NCBI GenBank assembly: GCA_963699755.1
Contig: CAVOVB010000001.1
Coordinates: 256,001-320,000 of the forward strand
Length of the DNA: 64,000 bases
Reading direction: 5' to 3'
Source: an uncultured delta proteobacterium
Lineage (GTDB): Bacteria; Myxococcota_A; Polyangia; Polyangiales; Houyiibacteriaceae
The notes beneath the pieces are model-generated. The model was not told the origin of the DNA, searched no databases, and worked only from the letters and a program-made list of their open reading frames with translations. Positions 49,275-58,887 of the stretch are shown piece after piece; within the stretch, counting starts at the first letter, position 1, and the number at the start of each line of letters is the position of its first letter. A program made the position numbers and the translations under genes.

Positions 49275-49667
49275 GTGAACGGTCTGCGTCCTCTAGTTGT
49301 TTCGGTTCTGCTGTCCTCAGCTGCGTGTCTGACAGCGTGCGGTGGCCAGGGAGAGGTTCGGAAGACGGGAGGCACGTATGCGGGACGGGGCCCCAACTGC
49401 GACTACCGGGTGATCCGCAATCGTATCATCGAGCCCTACGAGGAGCTCGGCGTCATCGACATCGATGCGTTTGCCGCTCCGCAGCTGCCGAACGACGAGG
49501 AACGCTTCCGTAAGATCGTGGGGCCCCAGGTCTGCGCCATGGGCGGCCATGCGGTGATTCCAGCGATCAACATCTACGGCCGTTGGGTTCAGGGAACGGT
49601 CATCCGGTTCCATCCAGCCGAATGCGATCGCTGCGAAACCGCGGCCATCATGAAAGAAGGGAGCTAG
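49275..49667 (+). CDS. Hypothetical lipoprotein
   Basis: Lipobox LTAC; PYEELGVID..VCAMGGHAVI..GTVIRF; first of a co-oriented run. Confidence 0.7.
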   Translation: MNGLRPLVVSVLLSSAACLTACGGQGEVRKTGGTYAGRGPNCDYRVIRNRIIEPYEELGVIDIDAFAAPQLPNDEERFRKIVGPQVCAMGGHAVIPAINIYGRWVQGTVIRFHPAECDRCETAAIMKEGS

Positions 49668-49673
49668 CGACCC

Positions 49674-50171
49674 ATGTTGATGGCCGGCTTGATTTCCCTC
49701 CTCACCGCGATGGGCGCCGCCCCGACGCCTCAAAAGCTCGAGAGCTACAAGCTCCACTACCGAGAGCGCATGCATCACGTTCACATGGACTTCTCGGGCA
49801 CGCGAGAGAAGATCGGATCTGGGCGGCGAACGAAGACCATGACGATCGGCCTCGGATACGAATACCACATCGACCGGCAGTTCAATGGCGTCTCGTTCGA
49901 AGTGCTCGGCCAGAAGCTCGGCAAGTTCTTCGGCAAAGGGCCGCAGGACTGGTGGGTCGGCGGTGGTATCGGCTGGTGGCCGATCCGACATGTCAAAGTC
50001 TTCATGCAGGCGGGGGCACTTTTCGACGACCTCGGGACCGCCACGACGGGTCGGGTGGGAGCGGGCTACAACCTGAACTTCTTCATGCTGGCCGTGATGC
50101 CGTACGTCTATGTTCAAACCACCGACGATGCTCGATTCAGTTGGAACATCGGGGCGCGGATCCAGTACTAG
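49674..50171 (+). CDS. Hypothetical secreted protein, possible small beta-barrel
   Basis: Signal peptide, alternating aromatic strands, C-terminal IGARIQY. Confidence 0.7.
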   Translation: MLMAGLISLLTAMGAAPTPQKLESYKLHYRERMHHVHMDFSGTREKIGSGRRTKTMTIGLGYEYHIDRQFNGVSFEVLGQKLGKFFGKGPQDWWVGGGIGWWPIRHVKVFMQAGALFDDLGTATTGRVGAGYNLNFFMLAVMPYVYVQTTDDARFSWNIGARIQY

Positions 50172-50177
50172 CCAGCC

Positions 50178-51842
50178 ATGCGACGCATCGAACCAGCTTT
50201 GTCGACTCTGTTCGCCCTCACGATGGCTATGCTCGGCTGCAAGCCGCCTCCGCCTACGACGCCGGCCGCGATCGCATCCGAGCCCAATCGGCTCTACTGG
50301 GGAGATACCCACGTCCACGGGAGCTACTCGCGCGAAGCCCAGGGCCGGGGATACCGCTCCGTGGACCCCGACACCGCGTACCGCTGGGCCAAAGGACTGC
50401 CCGTCGTTCATCCTCACACGAAAGCCAAGGTGCAGATCGAGACGTCGCTCGACTTCCTCATCGTCACCGATCATGCCGAGGGGCTCGAAGCTACGGACTG
50501 GAACGGCATGGTCGAAGCCGCAGAGCGACACTATGCGCCTTGCTCGTTCACCTCGTTCATCGGCTGGGAGTGGACCGCAGACTCCGATGGAAAGAATCTC
50601 CATCGCGTCGTCTTCATGAAAGACGGCCGAGAGCAAGCAGCCGAGTTCACGCCATTGAGCCCGGTCGACGGCCGCCGACCAGAAGATCTATGGGCTTGGC
50701 TCGAAGAAACGAGCGCGCGCGTGGGGACCGATTTCCTTGCGATCCCTCAGAGCTCGAACCTCAGCCGCGGCGCCATGTTCGCGGAGGTCGATAGCGAGGG
50801 GCGCCCCATGACCGCAGCGTATGCGCGCTCGCGGATGCGATGGGAGCCGGTGGTGGAGGTCACTCATATCAAGGGCGACGCCGAGACCCATCCGAGTCTC
50901 TCGCCGGATGACGAGTTTGCGGACTTCGAGAGATTTTCGCAGACGCCTAGAGACAGCTCCGAGCAGGCAAAGGCCGACCCGGGCGACTACGCGCGCAGCG
51001 GATTGCTCCGTGGTCTCGGCATCGACCAGGTCGTTGGCGCCAACCCCTTCCAGTTCGGGTTGATCGGCTCCACGAATTCACAGACGGGCCTCGCTTCGGC
51101 AGAAGAGGACAACTTCTGGAGCGCATCGGATTCGGATCCAGAGGCCGAGCGCGTGCCGGGGTTGGAATGGATCAAAGACAGCGACCTGAGCGCGCAGGGT
51201 CTGGCAGCCGTGTGGGCCGAGGAGAACACCCGCAGTTCGATCTTCGCGGCGTTCAAGCGCAAAGAAGTGTACGCGACCACGGGCCCTCGTATCCGGGTGC
51301 GCTTCTTCGGCGGCTGGAATTTCGACAAGAAGCAGGCCAAGAACGCGGGGATGGTCAAGACGGGCTACACCCTCGGATACCCGATGGGCAGCGACCTCAG
51401 CAGCGCCCCCAAGGACAAGGCGCCCGGCTTCTTGATGTACGCGGTGAAGGATCCCGAAGGGGCGAACCTCGATCGGATTCAAATCGTGAAGGGCTGGGTC
51501 GACAGCGACGGCAAGACTCACGAAAAGGTGTACGACGTCGTGTGGTCAGGCGACCGTGCGCTCGGACCAGACGGCAAAGTCCCGCCACTGGAGAACACGG
51601 TCGATCTCGCGACAACCGAGTACCAAGACACCGGTGGAGCGCCGACGCTCAGCGGCTTCTGGTCCGACCCCGCGTTCGATCGCGAGCAACCGGCCTTTTA
51701 CTATCTTCGCGTGCTCCAGATCCCGACGCCAAGGCACACCCTCTACGACGCGCTGGCCCTTGGCACGGACCCGAGCAAGACCGGTCATCCGCCGACGATT
51801 CAGGAGCGCGCGTATACCTCACCGATCTGGTACACACCCTGA
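50178..51842 (+). CDS. DUF3604 family (PHP-like) lipoprotein
   Basis: Lipobox MLGC; YWGDTHVH, TDHAE, EWT, NLHR, KEVYATTGPRI, DRIQIVKGW, IQERAYTSPIWY. Confidence 0.88.
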   Translation: MRRIEPALSTLFALTMAMLGCKPPPPTTPAAIASEPNRLYWGDTHVHGSYSREAQGRGYRSVDPDTAYRWAKGLPVVHPHTKAKVQIETSLDFLIVTDHAEGLEATDWNGMVEAAERHYAPCSFTSFIGWEWTADSDGKNLHRVVFMKDGREQAAEFTPLSPVDGRRPEDLWAWLEETSARVGTDFLAIPQSSNLSRGAMFAEVDSEGRPMTAAYARSRMRWEPVVEVTHIKGDAETHPSLSPDDEFADFERFSQTPRDSSEQAKADPGDYARSGLLRGLGIDQVVGANPFQFGLIGSTNSQTGLASAEEDNFWSASDSDPEAERVPGLEWIKDSDLSAQGLAAVWAEENTRSSIFAAFKRKEVYATTGPRIRVRFFGGWNFDKKQAKNAGMVKTGYTLGYPMGSDLSSAPKDKAPGFLMYAVKDPEGANLDRIQIVKGWVDSDGKTHEKVYDVVWSGDRALGPDGKVPPLENTVDLATTEYQDTGGAPTLSGFWSDPAFDREQPAFYYLRVLQIPTPRHTLYDALALGTDPSKTGHPPTIQERAYTSPIWYTP

Positions 51843-51910
51843 GCCGAGGCTGCGGCGACGCGACAAGCTGCGCCCTAGCGATTTCACTCGGAGCCGAGGA
51901 TACTCGTGCG

Positions 51911-53059
51911 ATGTTTTCGAAACGCGGCGCATTCGACCTGACTCCCAACGCCCTTGCGCGAATGTCGGAGAGGACGCCCCCTCGCTGGGATCTGACCTGT
52001 TCGAATCCTACGCGCGCCGGGATTGCCTTCGGGGACGAGGCTCTGTCGTCGGTGCGGAACGCCACTCGGGACTTCTACGACCCCCACCCCCGAGGGATCG
52101 TGTCTGCTCGGCGGGCTTTGGGTGCTCAGCTGTCTTGGAATCCCGATCACCTCGTGCTCACCGCAACGACCAGCGAAGCGTATTCGTGTCTCATCAAGCT
52201 CTTCTGCGACCCAGGCGACCATGTTCTGATCCCCGAGCCGAGCTACCCGCTTCTTTCCATGCTCACCCGTCTCGAAGGCGTCGTCGCTGTGCCGTACTCC
52301 TTGCGCTACGACGGCGAATGGCACGTCGATCGGTCGACTGTTCTAGAGCGCGTCGGTGCACGGGCCCAGCTGATCCTGTCGGTGAGCCCGAACAACCCGA
52401 CGGGTGCTTATCTGTCGCCCGAAGACCTGGCGTTTCTCTCGAGCCACGGCCTGCCGCTGGTCTTGGACGAGGTATTCGCGACCTACGATTTCCGCCATGA
52501 GCAAGCGCGTCCTCTGCTCCACAGCAAGGCTCGCTCCGGACTGCTCTTTGCCCTAGGCGGCCTCTCGAAGGCTGCTGCGCTGCCACAATTGAAGTTGAGC
52601 TGGATGGCCGTCTCGGGAGCCGAGACGCTGGTGGAGCGCGCGCTCGAGCAGCTCGATCTCATCACGGACACCTATTTGTCGCTCAACGATCTGACGCAGT
52701 GTGCGCTCCCTTCGATTCTGCGCGCATCGGAGGAACGCCGGCGGCTGGTCTTCGAGCGTTTGCAACAGAATCGACGAAGACTTGGCCAGCTGATTTCGGG
52801 TGCATGCGAGATCTCCGCGCTGACCACAGAGGGAGGTTGGTATCAGGTTCTGCGACTGCCCGATCTGCTGTCCGAAGAGCAATGGGTGTTGCGCTTTCTA
52901 CAGCATGGTGTCCTCGTCCAGCCGGGCTGGTTCTATGATTTTCCCGAAGAGGTCCGAGTGGTCATCAGCCTTCTCACCGAGCCGCATGCCTTTGCCGAAG
53001 GCATGCGCCGATTGGTCGAGGCCCAGCGCGAGGTATCGAGACGCGCTCACCCTGGTTGA
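51911..53059 (+). CDS. PLP-dependent aminotransferase class I/II
   Basis: DLT.SNPT, TSEAYS, PSYPL, PNNPTG, DEVF, GGLSK..LPQLKL; start placed at ATG 51911. Confidence 0.88.
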   Translation: MFSKRGAFDLTPNALARMSERTPPRWDLTCSNPTRAGIAFGDEALSSVRNATRDFYDPHPRGIVSARRALGAQLSWNPDHLVLTATTSEAYSCLIKLFCDPGDHVLIPEPSYPLLSMLTRLEGVVAVPYSLRYDGEWHVDRSTVLERVGARAQLILSVSPNNPTGAYLSPEDLAFLSSHGLPLVLDEVFATYDFRHEQARPLLHSKARSGLLFALGGLSKAAALPQLKLSWMAVSGAETLVERALEQLDLITDTYLSLNDLTQCALPSILRASEERRRLVFERLQQNRRRLGQLISGACEISALTTEGGWYQVLRLPDLLSEEQWVLRFLQHGVLVQPGWFYDFPEEVRVVISLLTEPHAFAEGMRRLVEAQREVSRRAHPG

Positions 53060-53136
53060 GGTGTATCGCCGAGCCGCAGATCGCTCGCCAGACAGCAAAC
53101 CTCGCTTGGGGTCGTCCTGGAACTCACCCAAAGAGG

Positions 53137-53793
53137 CTACGCCTGATCCTGCAGGAGCGCCTCGCCTTTGGTCAGCCAAGACAGGCCAAAGGCCAACACC
53201 GCGATCGATTCGAGCCAAAAGACTGGATCGTATGCGCTGAGCGCGTTTTCAAAGCGTTCCGGTAGAAACGCATAGACGAGAATCAGGACGATCGAAGCGA
53301 CGATGGTGAAGCCGCAAGCTTTGTAAACTTGGTTTCTTCTGATCTTCTGGCGAGTCGGGGTTTTCGTCTTATCTGTCTTGGTAAACAAGCAGAGCGAGAA
53401 GTAAGCCAACGTGACAAAGAACAAGGCCGCGAAAATTAGGTGTGCTGCCCCGATTGTTCTCTCGAGCGTCGTTGGGTCACCGGACGGAGTCGTCGGGAAA
53501 AGGGCGACACCGATCGCGAAGACGCATGCGAGGTCGCCCGCGAGATCGTCGAGTCTTTCATATCCTTTGTAAGAGAGCAGAAATACTCCGATCGCGCAGA
53601 GCGTGCCCACCAAAACATCCCGCATCCCCGTGTAGTAGAAGTCGCTGATGGATTCTGGGATCCCGACCTCGAAGATGAGAATGGCGCCGAGAGATAAGAC
53701 GAAGGGTAGCGAAATGCCCAGGACCCCAATGGCTCTGCGAAGGGCCAGGTAGGACAGGACCAACGACCGTGAACCGTCTGCCGAGTCTTGCAT
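53137..53793 (-). CDS. Integral membrane protein (DUF998-like)
   Basis: SYLALRRAIG, SISDFYYT, FPT, H...AALFF, E..A..AFG.SWLTKG; AAAGGAG RBS. Confidence 0.8.
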   Translation of the reverse strand: MQDSADGSRSLVLSYLALRRAIGVLGISLPFVLSLGAILIFEVGIPESISDFYYTGMRDVLVGTLCAIGVFLLSYKGYERLDDLAGDLACVFAIGVALFPTTPSGDPTTLERTIGAAHLIFAALFFVTLAYFSLCLFTKTDKTKTPTRQKIRRNQVYKACGFTIVASIVLILVYAFLPERFENALSAYDPVFWLESIAVLAFGLSWLTKGEALLQDQA

Positions 53794-54125
53794 CTGGATC
53801 TCCTTTCGAGGGACACTCTGCGGTCGGACAAGTGGCCGATTCCACGGCGATGCTCAACCAAAGATCGCAACGGCTTGGATCCTGAGATGCTGCGATCTGT
53901 GCCGCAGGCAGCGCATGAAATCAAGAGCTCACGAGGGCGGACAGCGTCCCCAATCTGACCTCGGTGCCGGTCGAGCTAGTTCCGAAGCCCCAAAACGGTC
54001 GGACGGCGCTCTTCCTGTCGTCGTTGCGCTGCCAAGGCACGACGGACCCAGAGGCCATCTCATGCCTCGACTCGAACGACTGCCTCCTGATTGCATCTGT
54101 GGGGTGATCGGAGGAGGATCGGGGG

Positions 54126-54950
54126 ATGGCCGAATCGATCATTGACGCCTGGATCCAGCACCCTACTGGGAAGTTCATCGCTGATGACATGTTCGCCTCG
54201 CTGAGGCGCTGGATGCGATTCGAGGTGATTCCCGATGAGATCCCCGTCGAGCTCACCTTGGCCGCGCTCGATGGCGCAGGCGTGAGCAAGGCCCTCATAT
54301 CGGCCTGGTGGGGACCGAATGGGCCCTTGCTCTCGAACGACGAGGTGGCGCAGACGGTCAGCGCGCACCCGGATCGATTCATCGGCATCGGCTCGGTCGA
54401 CCTATTTCGCCCAATGGGGGCGGTCAGGGAGCTTCGCCGCTGCGTCAAGGAGCTCGGCTTCGTCGGCGTGCGTCAGTTGCCCTGGCTCTGGGGCCTGCCC
54501 CCGAACGACCGCCGCTACTATCCGATCTACGTGGAGTGCATAGAGCTCGGCGTTCCGTTCTGCTTGCAGGTCGGCCACGCAGGGCCGCTTCGACCGAGCG
54601 ACCCCGGAAGACCCATCCCCTACCTCGACGAAGTCGCTTGCGAGTTCCCGGAGCTACGAATCGTGGGCGGGCACATCGGGTACCCGTGGACGGATGAAAT
54701 GATCTCACTCGCGACCAAGTACGACAATGTTTACATCGATACCTCCGCATACACGCCGGAGCGCTATCCGGAATCACTGGTCCGATTCATGAAGGGCCCG
54801 GGCAAACGCAAGGTCCTGTTCGGGAGCAACTATCCGATGATTCAGCCGGCGAAGTGTGTGGCCCAGCTCGATACGCTCGGCCTCTCCTTGGAAACACGGC
54901 GGCTCTTCCTTTGCGAGAACGCAGCAAGGGTGTTCCAGCTCGAAGCGTGA
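54126..54950 (+). CDS. Amidohydrolase_2 family protein
   Basis: IDAW.QH, YPIY..C.ELGVP, GH.GP, FPEL.IVGGHIGYPW, NVYIDTS, KVLFGSNYP. Confidence 0.9.
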   Translation: MAESIIDAWIQHPTGKFIADDMFASLRRWMRFEVIPDEIPVELTLAALDGAGVSKALISAWWGPNGPLLSNDEVAQTVSAHPDRFIGIGSVDLFRPMGAVRELRRCVKELGFVGVRQLPWLWGLPPNDRRYYPIYVECIELGVPFCLQVGHAGPLRPSDPGRPIPYLDEVACEFPELRIVGGHIGYPWTDEMISLATKYDNVYIDTSAYTPERYPESLVRFMKGPGKRKVLFGSNYPMIQPAKCVAQLDTLGLSLETRRLFLCENAARVFQLEA

Positions 54951-54966
54951 GAGTGAACGCCTGGGC

Positions 54967-55164
54967 TCATTTCGGGACCGCAGACTCGGGGCGTCGGCTT
55001 CGAGCGTTTGCGAGGATGGAGAGTGTGACCGTGATGATGAGGGGGAGTGTGATGGCGAGGGCCGCGTGCTCCAGGAAGGCCGCGTCGGTCGGGGCGCCGT
55101 TTAGAATTGGCACCAGTATCGTGATCGCAAGATAGCTCACGAGGGGGATGGCGAGGCGTTTCAT
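54967..55164 (-). CDS. Small two-TM protein coupled to exosortase K
   Basis: ATG overlaps the exosortase stop (ATGA); MKRLAIPLVSYLAITILVPILNGA..FLEH..TM. Confidence 0.65.
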   Translation of the reverse strand: MKRLAIPLVSYLAITILVPILNGAPTDAAFLEHAALAITLPLIITVTLSILANARSRRPESAVPK

Positions 55165-55697
55165 GGTGCGGCTTTCGTGCGGGCCCGGGCGAGGAGGCAA
55201 TCGGCGACGAGGTACAAACAGCATAAAGACGTGAAGTACACCACGATGCCTTCGGCGTGATGAATCTGGCCGGACGAGAGGCCTGCAATCGATACCGGGT
55301 GCGCTTGCAAGAGCAGTGCGATGACGATTCGAGCGGCATTGACCGCGATCGTGACTACGTAGGCGAGCGCCACGCTGGTGAATAGCAAGGCTAGCTTGCT
55401 GGGGAGTGTTCGCATCTGGCCCACGAAACCCAGGGCCGCGGTACAGATCGCGATGATCATGAAGTTGACGCCGGCGCAGGAGGGCGCAATTGCGAAACGG
55501 AGCTGCTCGTTCACATAGCCCACGTGCTGCTCGAACAGGAAGGGCTCGCCAAAGACTGCCTCCACGAGCCAAGCAGTCGGAGCGAGAATCCACTGGAGCG
55601 CCTCCGGGTTGGCCGTGCTGTAGTGCCGTTTGAGCCCGTACGTGACCCCAAACATGGCCACGATCACGACCCCGCTATGGATCCCCTGGCGCGTCAT
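55161..55697 (-). CDS. xrtK: Exosortase K
   Basis: LKRHYS, LQWILAPT, IAPSCAGVNF (Cys), N.ARI (Arg), IHHAEG (His); short multi-TM exosortase. Confidence 0.82.
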   Translation of the reverse strand: MTRQGIHSGVVIVAMFGVTYGLKRHYSTANPEALQWILAPTAWLVEAVFGEPFLFEQHVGYVNEQLRFAIAPSCAGVNFMIIAICTAALGFVGQMRTLPSKLALLFTSVALAYVVTIAVNAARIVIALLLQAHPVSIAGLSSGQIHHAEGIVVYFTSLCCLYLVADCLLARARTKAAP

Positions 55698-57700
55698 GGC
55701 CCGTTCGGCAGACACGAGCGCCTCGACGTCCAGATCAGTAGCGCCCCGGCAAAGAGTAGGGCCATGAGCATCGTAAGAGGCGGTTCCGAACCTTGGGTCA
55801 GGCCCCCAACCGCCTGGTTGCTGACGCCCTTCGGTAAGGGCAAAGGTTGCTTGACCTCTTCGCCTGCACCGAGATCGTTGCGTGGCGTTTCGTCGACCGC
55901 GATGAAGGACGTGTAGTTGGTCAGAAGGCCATATCGGAGGCCGAGCGCCGTCACTTCCTCTTTGGGGCTTTCGACTCCGAGTGTTGCGCCGAAATCCGAC
56001 AGATCGGCGATCCGTTGGCGCGCCCAGAGATAAGACAGCGCGCGGTTCTGCTCGGCCGCTCCGACTTCGGCGACGTCGAAGCGCTTCGTCATCGGCCCCT
56101 TGCCTCCGACGCCTCGAAGCGTGATCGTGCCGGCCGGCTCCCCGGCAAACTTTCCGAATACCAGGACCGGCCGTTCTGCCAGGACGTCTGGGACCGAGGT
56201 CGGCACGATATCGTATGCTCGGAAACCATCGAGCTCGACGCGGATGTCGGTCAGAACAGGCGCGCTGACGTATTCGCGGAAGCGCTGCGCTGTGGTCGCA
56301 GCATCCGCGGCGTCGGTGACGACGAACTGCTCGCCGAAGCCTGCCTTCGCGATCCCCTCGACGAGGTACCGGTTCACTGAGGTCCCAATTCCGAACGAAA
56401 AGACGTTCGCTTTGCCGAGGTGGCTGCGGATGTATTGGAACGCCTCGGCCTCTCCAGCAATGTACCCGTCCGTGATCACCAGGAAGCTCCGCGATGTCCC
56501 TGGTTCGTGCGCCATCTCCATCGCCATCCGGAGCCCGCTCAAGAGCTCGGTTCCACCGCCACCCTGCTGCCCTTCCAGCACCGCGATGGCCCGCTGCACG
56601 TTCTGATGCGTAGCGGGCACCGAGCGCGGCGCTAGCTGTGTCGAGCCGCCGGAAAAGAGAATCATGTTGAACGTATCGATCGGCCGAAGGTGGCCGATGA
56701 GATCGCGCATCAATCTCTTTGCGGTGTTCAGCGGGAAACCATACATCGAGCCGGAAACGTCGATGATGAAAACGTACTCGCGCCCCGGCATGTCGCTCGG
56801 CTCGACCCGCGACGGCGGCTCGGCCATCAGAAGGAAGAAGCTCTCGTCATTTCCTTCAAAGAGCATCAAGCCGCTCTGCACAGCCCCACCGGTGAGTTGG
56901 TAGCTCAGAACGAAGTCCCGATTTCCCCCGTGCCGTTCCGACTCATCGAGTGCTACCGCGACGAGCCGCGTCCCTTTCCATTGCGCAGCTACTTTGTGCG
57001 ACGTGCAAGACAGCGCCTGCACATCGATGCCCGTCGAGAGCCTCACGTTCATGTCGAGGGCATACGTCGGTGCCCTCCCCTGCCGGAAATACGGGCTGCT
57101 CACCCAGCTGTCCTCGGGATTCGCGGCAGCGTGACGTTGACTCGCATAGCGCGGCCCGACGACCGTGGGGTAGACGAACGCGTAAATGCCGTCCGTCGGC
57201 CGGAGAAGCTCGGTATAACTCAGCTCCACTTCGATGACGTCACCAGGCAAGATGTTCGCGACTCTCATCCGAAAGACATTCGGTCGCTCCTGTTCGAGCA
57301 GCGAGGCGCTCTTTCCAGCAGCCTTGGCTTCGGCAAACTCCTCGGACGCGGCTTCTCTCTCTTTGATCTTCGCAACGATCACGCGCTTGCCAATCTTCAT
57401 GCGCATTCCGTGCACCGCAGCGTGCGTCGATCCCGGAAAGACGTACTCAGCGTGGATCGGCCGGCTGCCTTCGTTCTTGTAGGTCTGTGTAACCTTCACG
57501 TCTGCGATGACGCCCGCTATGTCTACCTTCACGTCCGTCTTCGCGAGGGGGAGATGGTCGACGGTCGGGTCACCCTCGATGAAGAAGTAGGGGGAAAGTG
57601 TCTTGTCGGCCGTCGTCGTCTCGGCCTGGCCGGGTACGGCGAGGGCGCCGAAGAGCCCGGCGAGCAACAGCGTTCGCGACCAGCGGGGCTTGAGTGGCAC
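55694..57700 (-). CDS. VIT + von Willebrand factor A domain protein with C-terminal GSEP-TM-RR sorting signal
   Basis: TAAGGAGG RBS + GTG 57700; VIT (IAGVIADVKVTQTY..YVFP); MIDAS DVSGS, GGGT, ITDG; YTSFIAVD; tail GSEPPLTMLMALLFAGALLIWTSRR. Confidence 0.9.
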   Translation of the reverse strand: MPLKPRWSRTLLLAGLFGALAVPGQAETTTADKTLSPYFFIEGDPTVDHLPLAKTDVKVDIAGVIADVKVTQTYKNEGSRPIHAEYVFPGSTHAAVHGMRMKIGKRVIVAKIKEREAASEEFAEAKAAGKSASLLEQERPNVFRMRVANILPGDVIEVELSYTELLRPTDGIYAFVYPTVVGPRYASQRHAAANPEDSWVSSPYFRQGRAPTYALDMNVRLSTGIDVQALSCTSHKVAAQWKGTRLVAVALDESERHGGNRDFVLSYQLTGGAVQSGLMLFEGNDESFFLLMAEPPSRVEPSDMPGREYVFIIDVSGSMYGFPLNTAKRLMRDLIGHLRPIDTFNMILFSGGSTQLAPRSVPATHQNVQRAIAVLEGQQGGGGTELLSGLRMAMEMAHEPGTSRSFLVITDGYIAGEAEAFQYIRSHLGKANVFSFGIGTSVNRYLVEGIAKAGFGEQFVVTDAADAATTAQRFREYVSAPVLTDIRVELDGFRAYDIVPTSVPDVLAERPVLVFGKFAGEPAGTITLRGVGGKGPMTKRFDVAEVGAAEQNRALSYLWARQRIADLSDFGATLGVESPKEEVTALGLRYGLLTNYTSFIAVDETPRNDLGAGEEVKQPLPLPKGVSNQAVGGLTQGSEPPLTMLMALLFAGALLIWTSRRSCLPNGP

Positions 57701-57729
57701 GGGGGACCTCCTTATTGGAGGCGCCTCAT

Positions 57730-57745
57730 TGCAACCGCGGTGCCA
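57730..57745 (-). promoter_or_regulatory. Sigma54 -24/-12 promoter of the VIT-exosortase operon
   Basis: Minus strand TGGCAC-CGCGG-TTGCA, a full consensus match 30 nt upstream of the start codon. Confidence 0.8.
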
Positions 57746-58080
57746 GCGCGTTTCGCTTGGAAAATCTCGCAAGCCCGGTCTGCCGCGTGTCACCGCTGGA
57801 ACGTCACTGTGTCTTTGGAGACGCGGTTTGAACCTTCACCCGGAGGCCCCCGGTTGATTGCTTGGCAGAAGACCTACTGATCTCCAGGGCACACGCCCTC
57901 GTCGTGACCTAGAATAAAGAGCCAAGTCTTGCGCGGCCGTTCCCAAGACGCGCAGCTCTTTCGGGCACCATTCACTACGGATAGCGAAAGCGCTGCAAGA
58001 GGAGCTGGCACATCGCGTGCGGACCAGACTCTCCCGGCTTCGTCGTCGAGCCGCCGCTGCCGGATCCAAGCTGCGAAGGT

Positions 58081-58789
58081 TTGTACGGTGCCCCCAACGC
58101 GAGCACTGGCCTTGACGCCGACGCCTGCTTCGCCGCGATCGAGGGAACCACGACGTGGACGCCACGTCTCTGGGACGTGGCTTCGCTAGCGGACTTGCGT
58201 TCCTGGGTCTTGGACAATCCACCTTCGATCCCCACCGAAGATCCCTACCTGGCGCCGCCGGAATTGCTGCCCGAGCCGCTTGGGGTCTGTGCGGTCATAC
58301 CCATTGGCAAACGGACGTATCGCCTCGAGAACTTCGAGGACGCCATCGCCGTAGAGCGGGCGGGCGGCATCGTCACGCATGGCTACGCATGCGGTCGGTG
58401 CTCGTCGCTCCACGATCTCGCAGCCTATGCGGAAGCGCAGGACCAGACTGGCCCGTTCGTCAGTGCGCCTTGGAGACCCTCGGCGGTACAGTCGAGGAGC
58501 TCGCCAGCTGTATCGAGGATAGAGTGGGCTTCACGCCGCCTTGCGCGCACACCTGGGCCTAGCCGGGATGAACGACACGCGCGAGTGCTACAGCGTCTGC
58601 ATCTCGAACCTGACCTCACCCTACAACCAACTGGACGGCTCCCTCAACCCATGCCTGCAATGCGACGAAGACAAATCGGTGCCGGTGTTCAAAGTCGTGG
58701 CAGGCCGTTCGCGCCCAAGCTCCGGTCTAGCTGCGGCCATATGTCGTCCATGTGCCGAGGTTTGGCGCGTGGATCACGGGTATGGGTAG
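58081..58789 (+). pseudogene. Disrupted gene for a Cys-rich secreted-type protein
   Basis: A coherent Cys pattern is split over three frames: THGYACGRCSSLHDL (58081 frame), VRQCA..SCIE..GFTPPCAHTWA* (58155 frame), ECYSVC..NPCLQCDEDKS.PVFK..AGRSR..SGL..AICRP (58541 frame); 5' end unclear. Confidence 0.7.
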
Positions 58790-58887
58790 TTGTGTTCTTC
58801 GGGAAAGCGCGGATGCCAACATGAGAACGAGCGCTTCGCTATGGACTGCTCCGAACGAGCCAGGAGGCCACCCTCCTAGCGACGACT

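Noticed and set aside
51167..51910. N-terminal extension of the aminotransferase ORF
   Set aside because: It overlaps the DUF3604 gene in another frame; homology-like motifs begin only after ATG 51911.
53794..54125. Short ORFs between the DUF998-like and amidohydrolase genes
   Set aside because: No recognisable domain; most likely divergent promoter region or degraded sequence.
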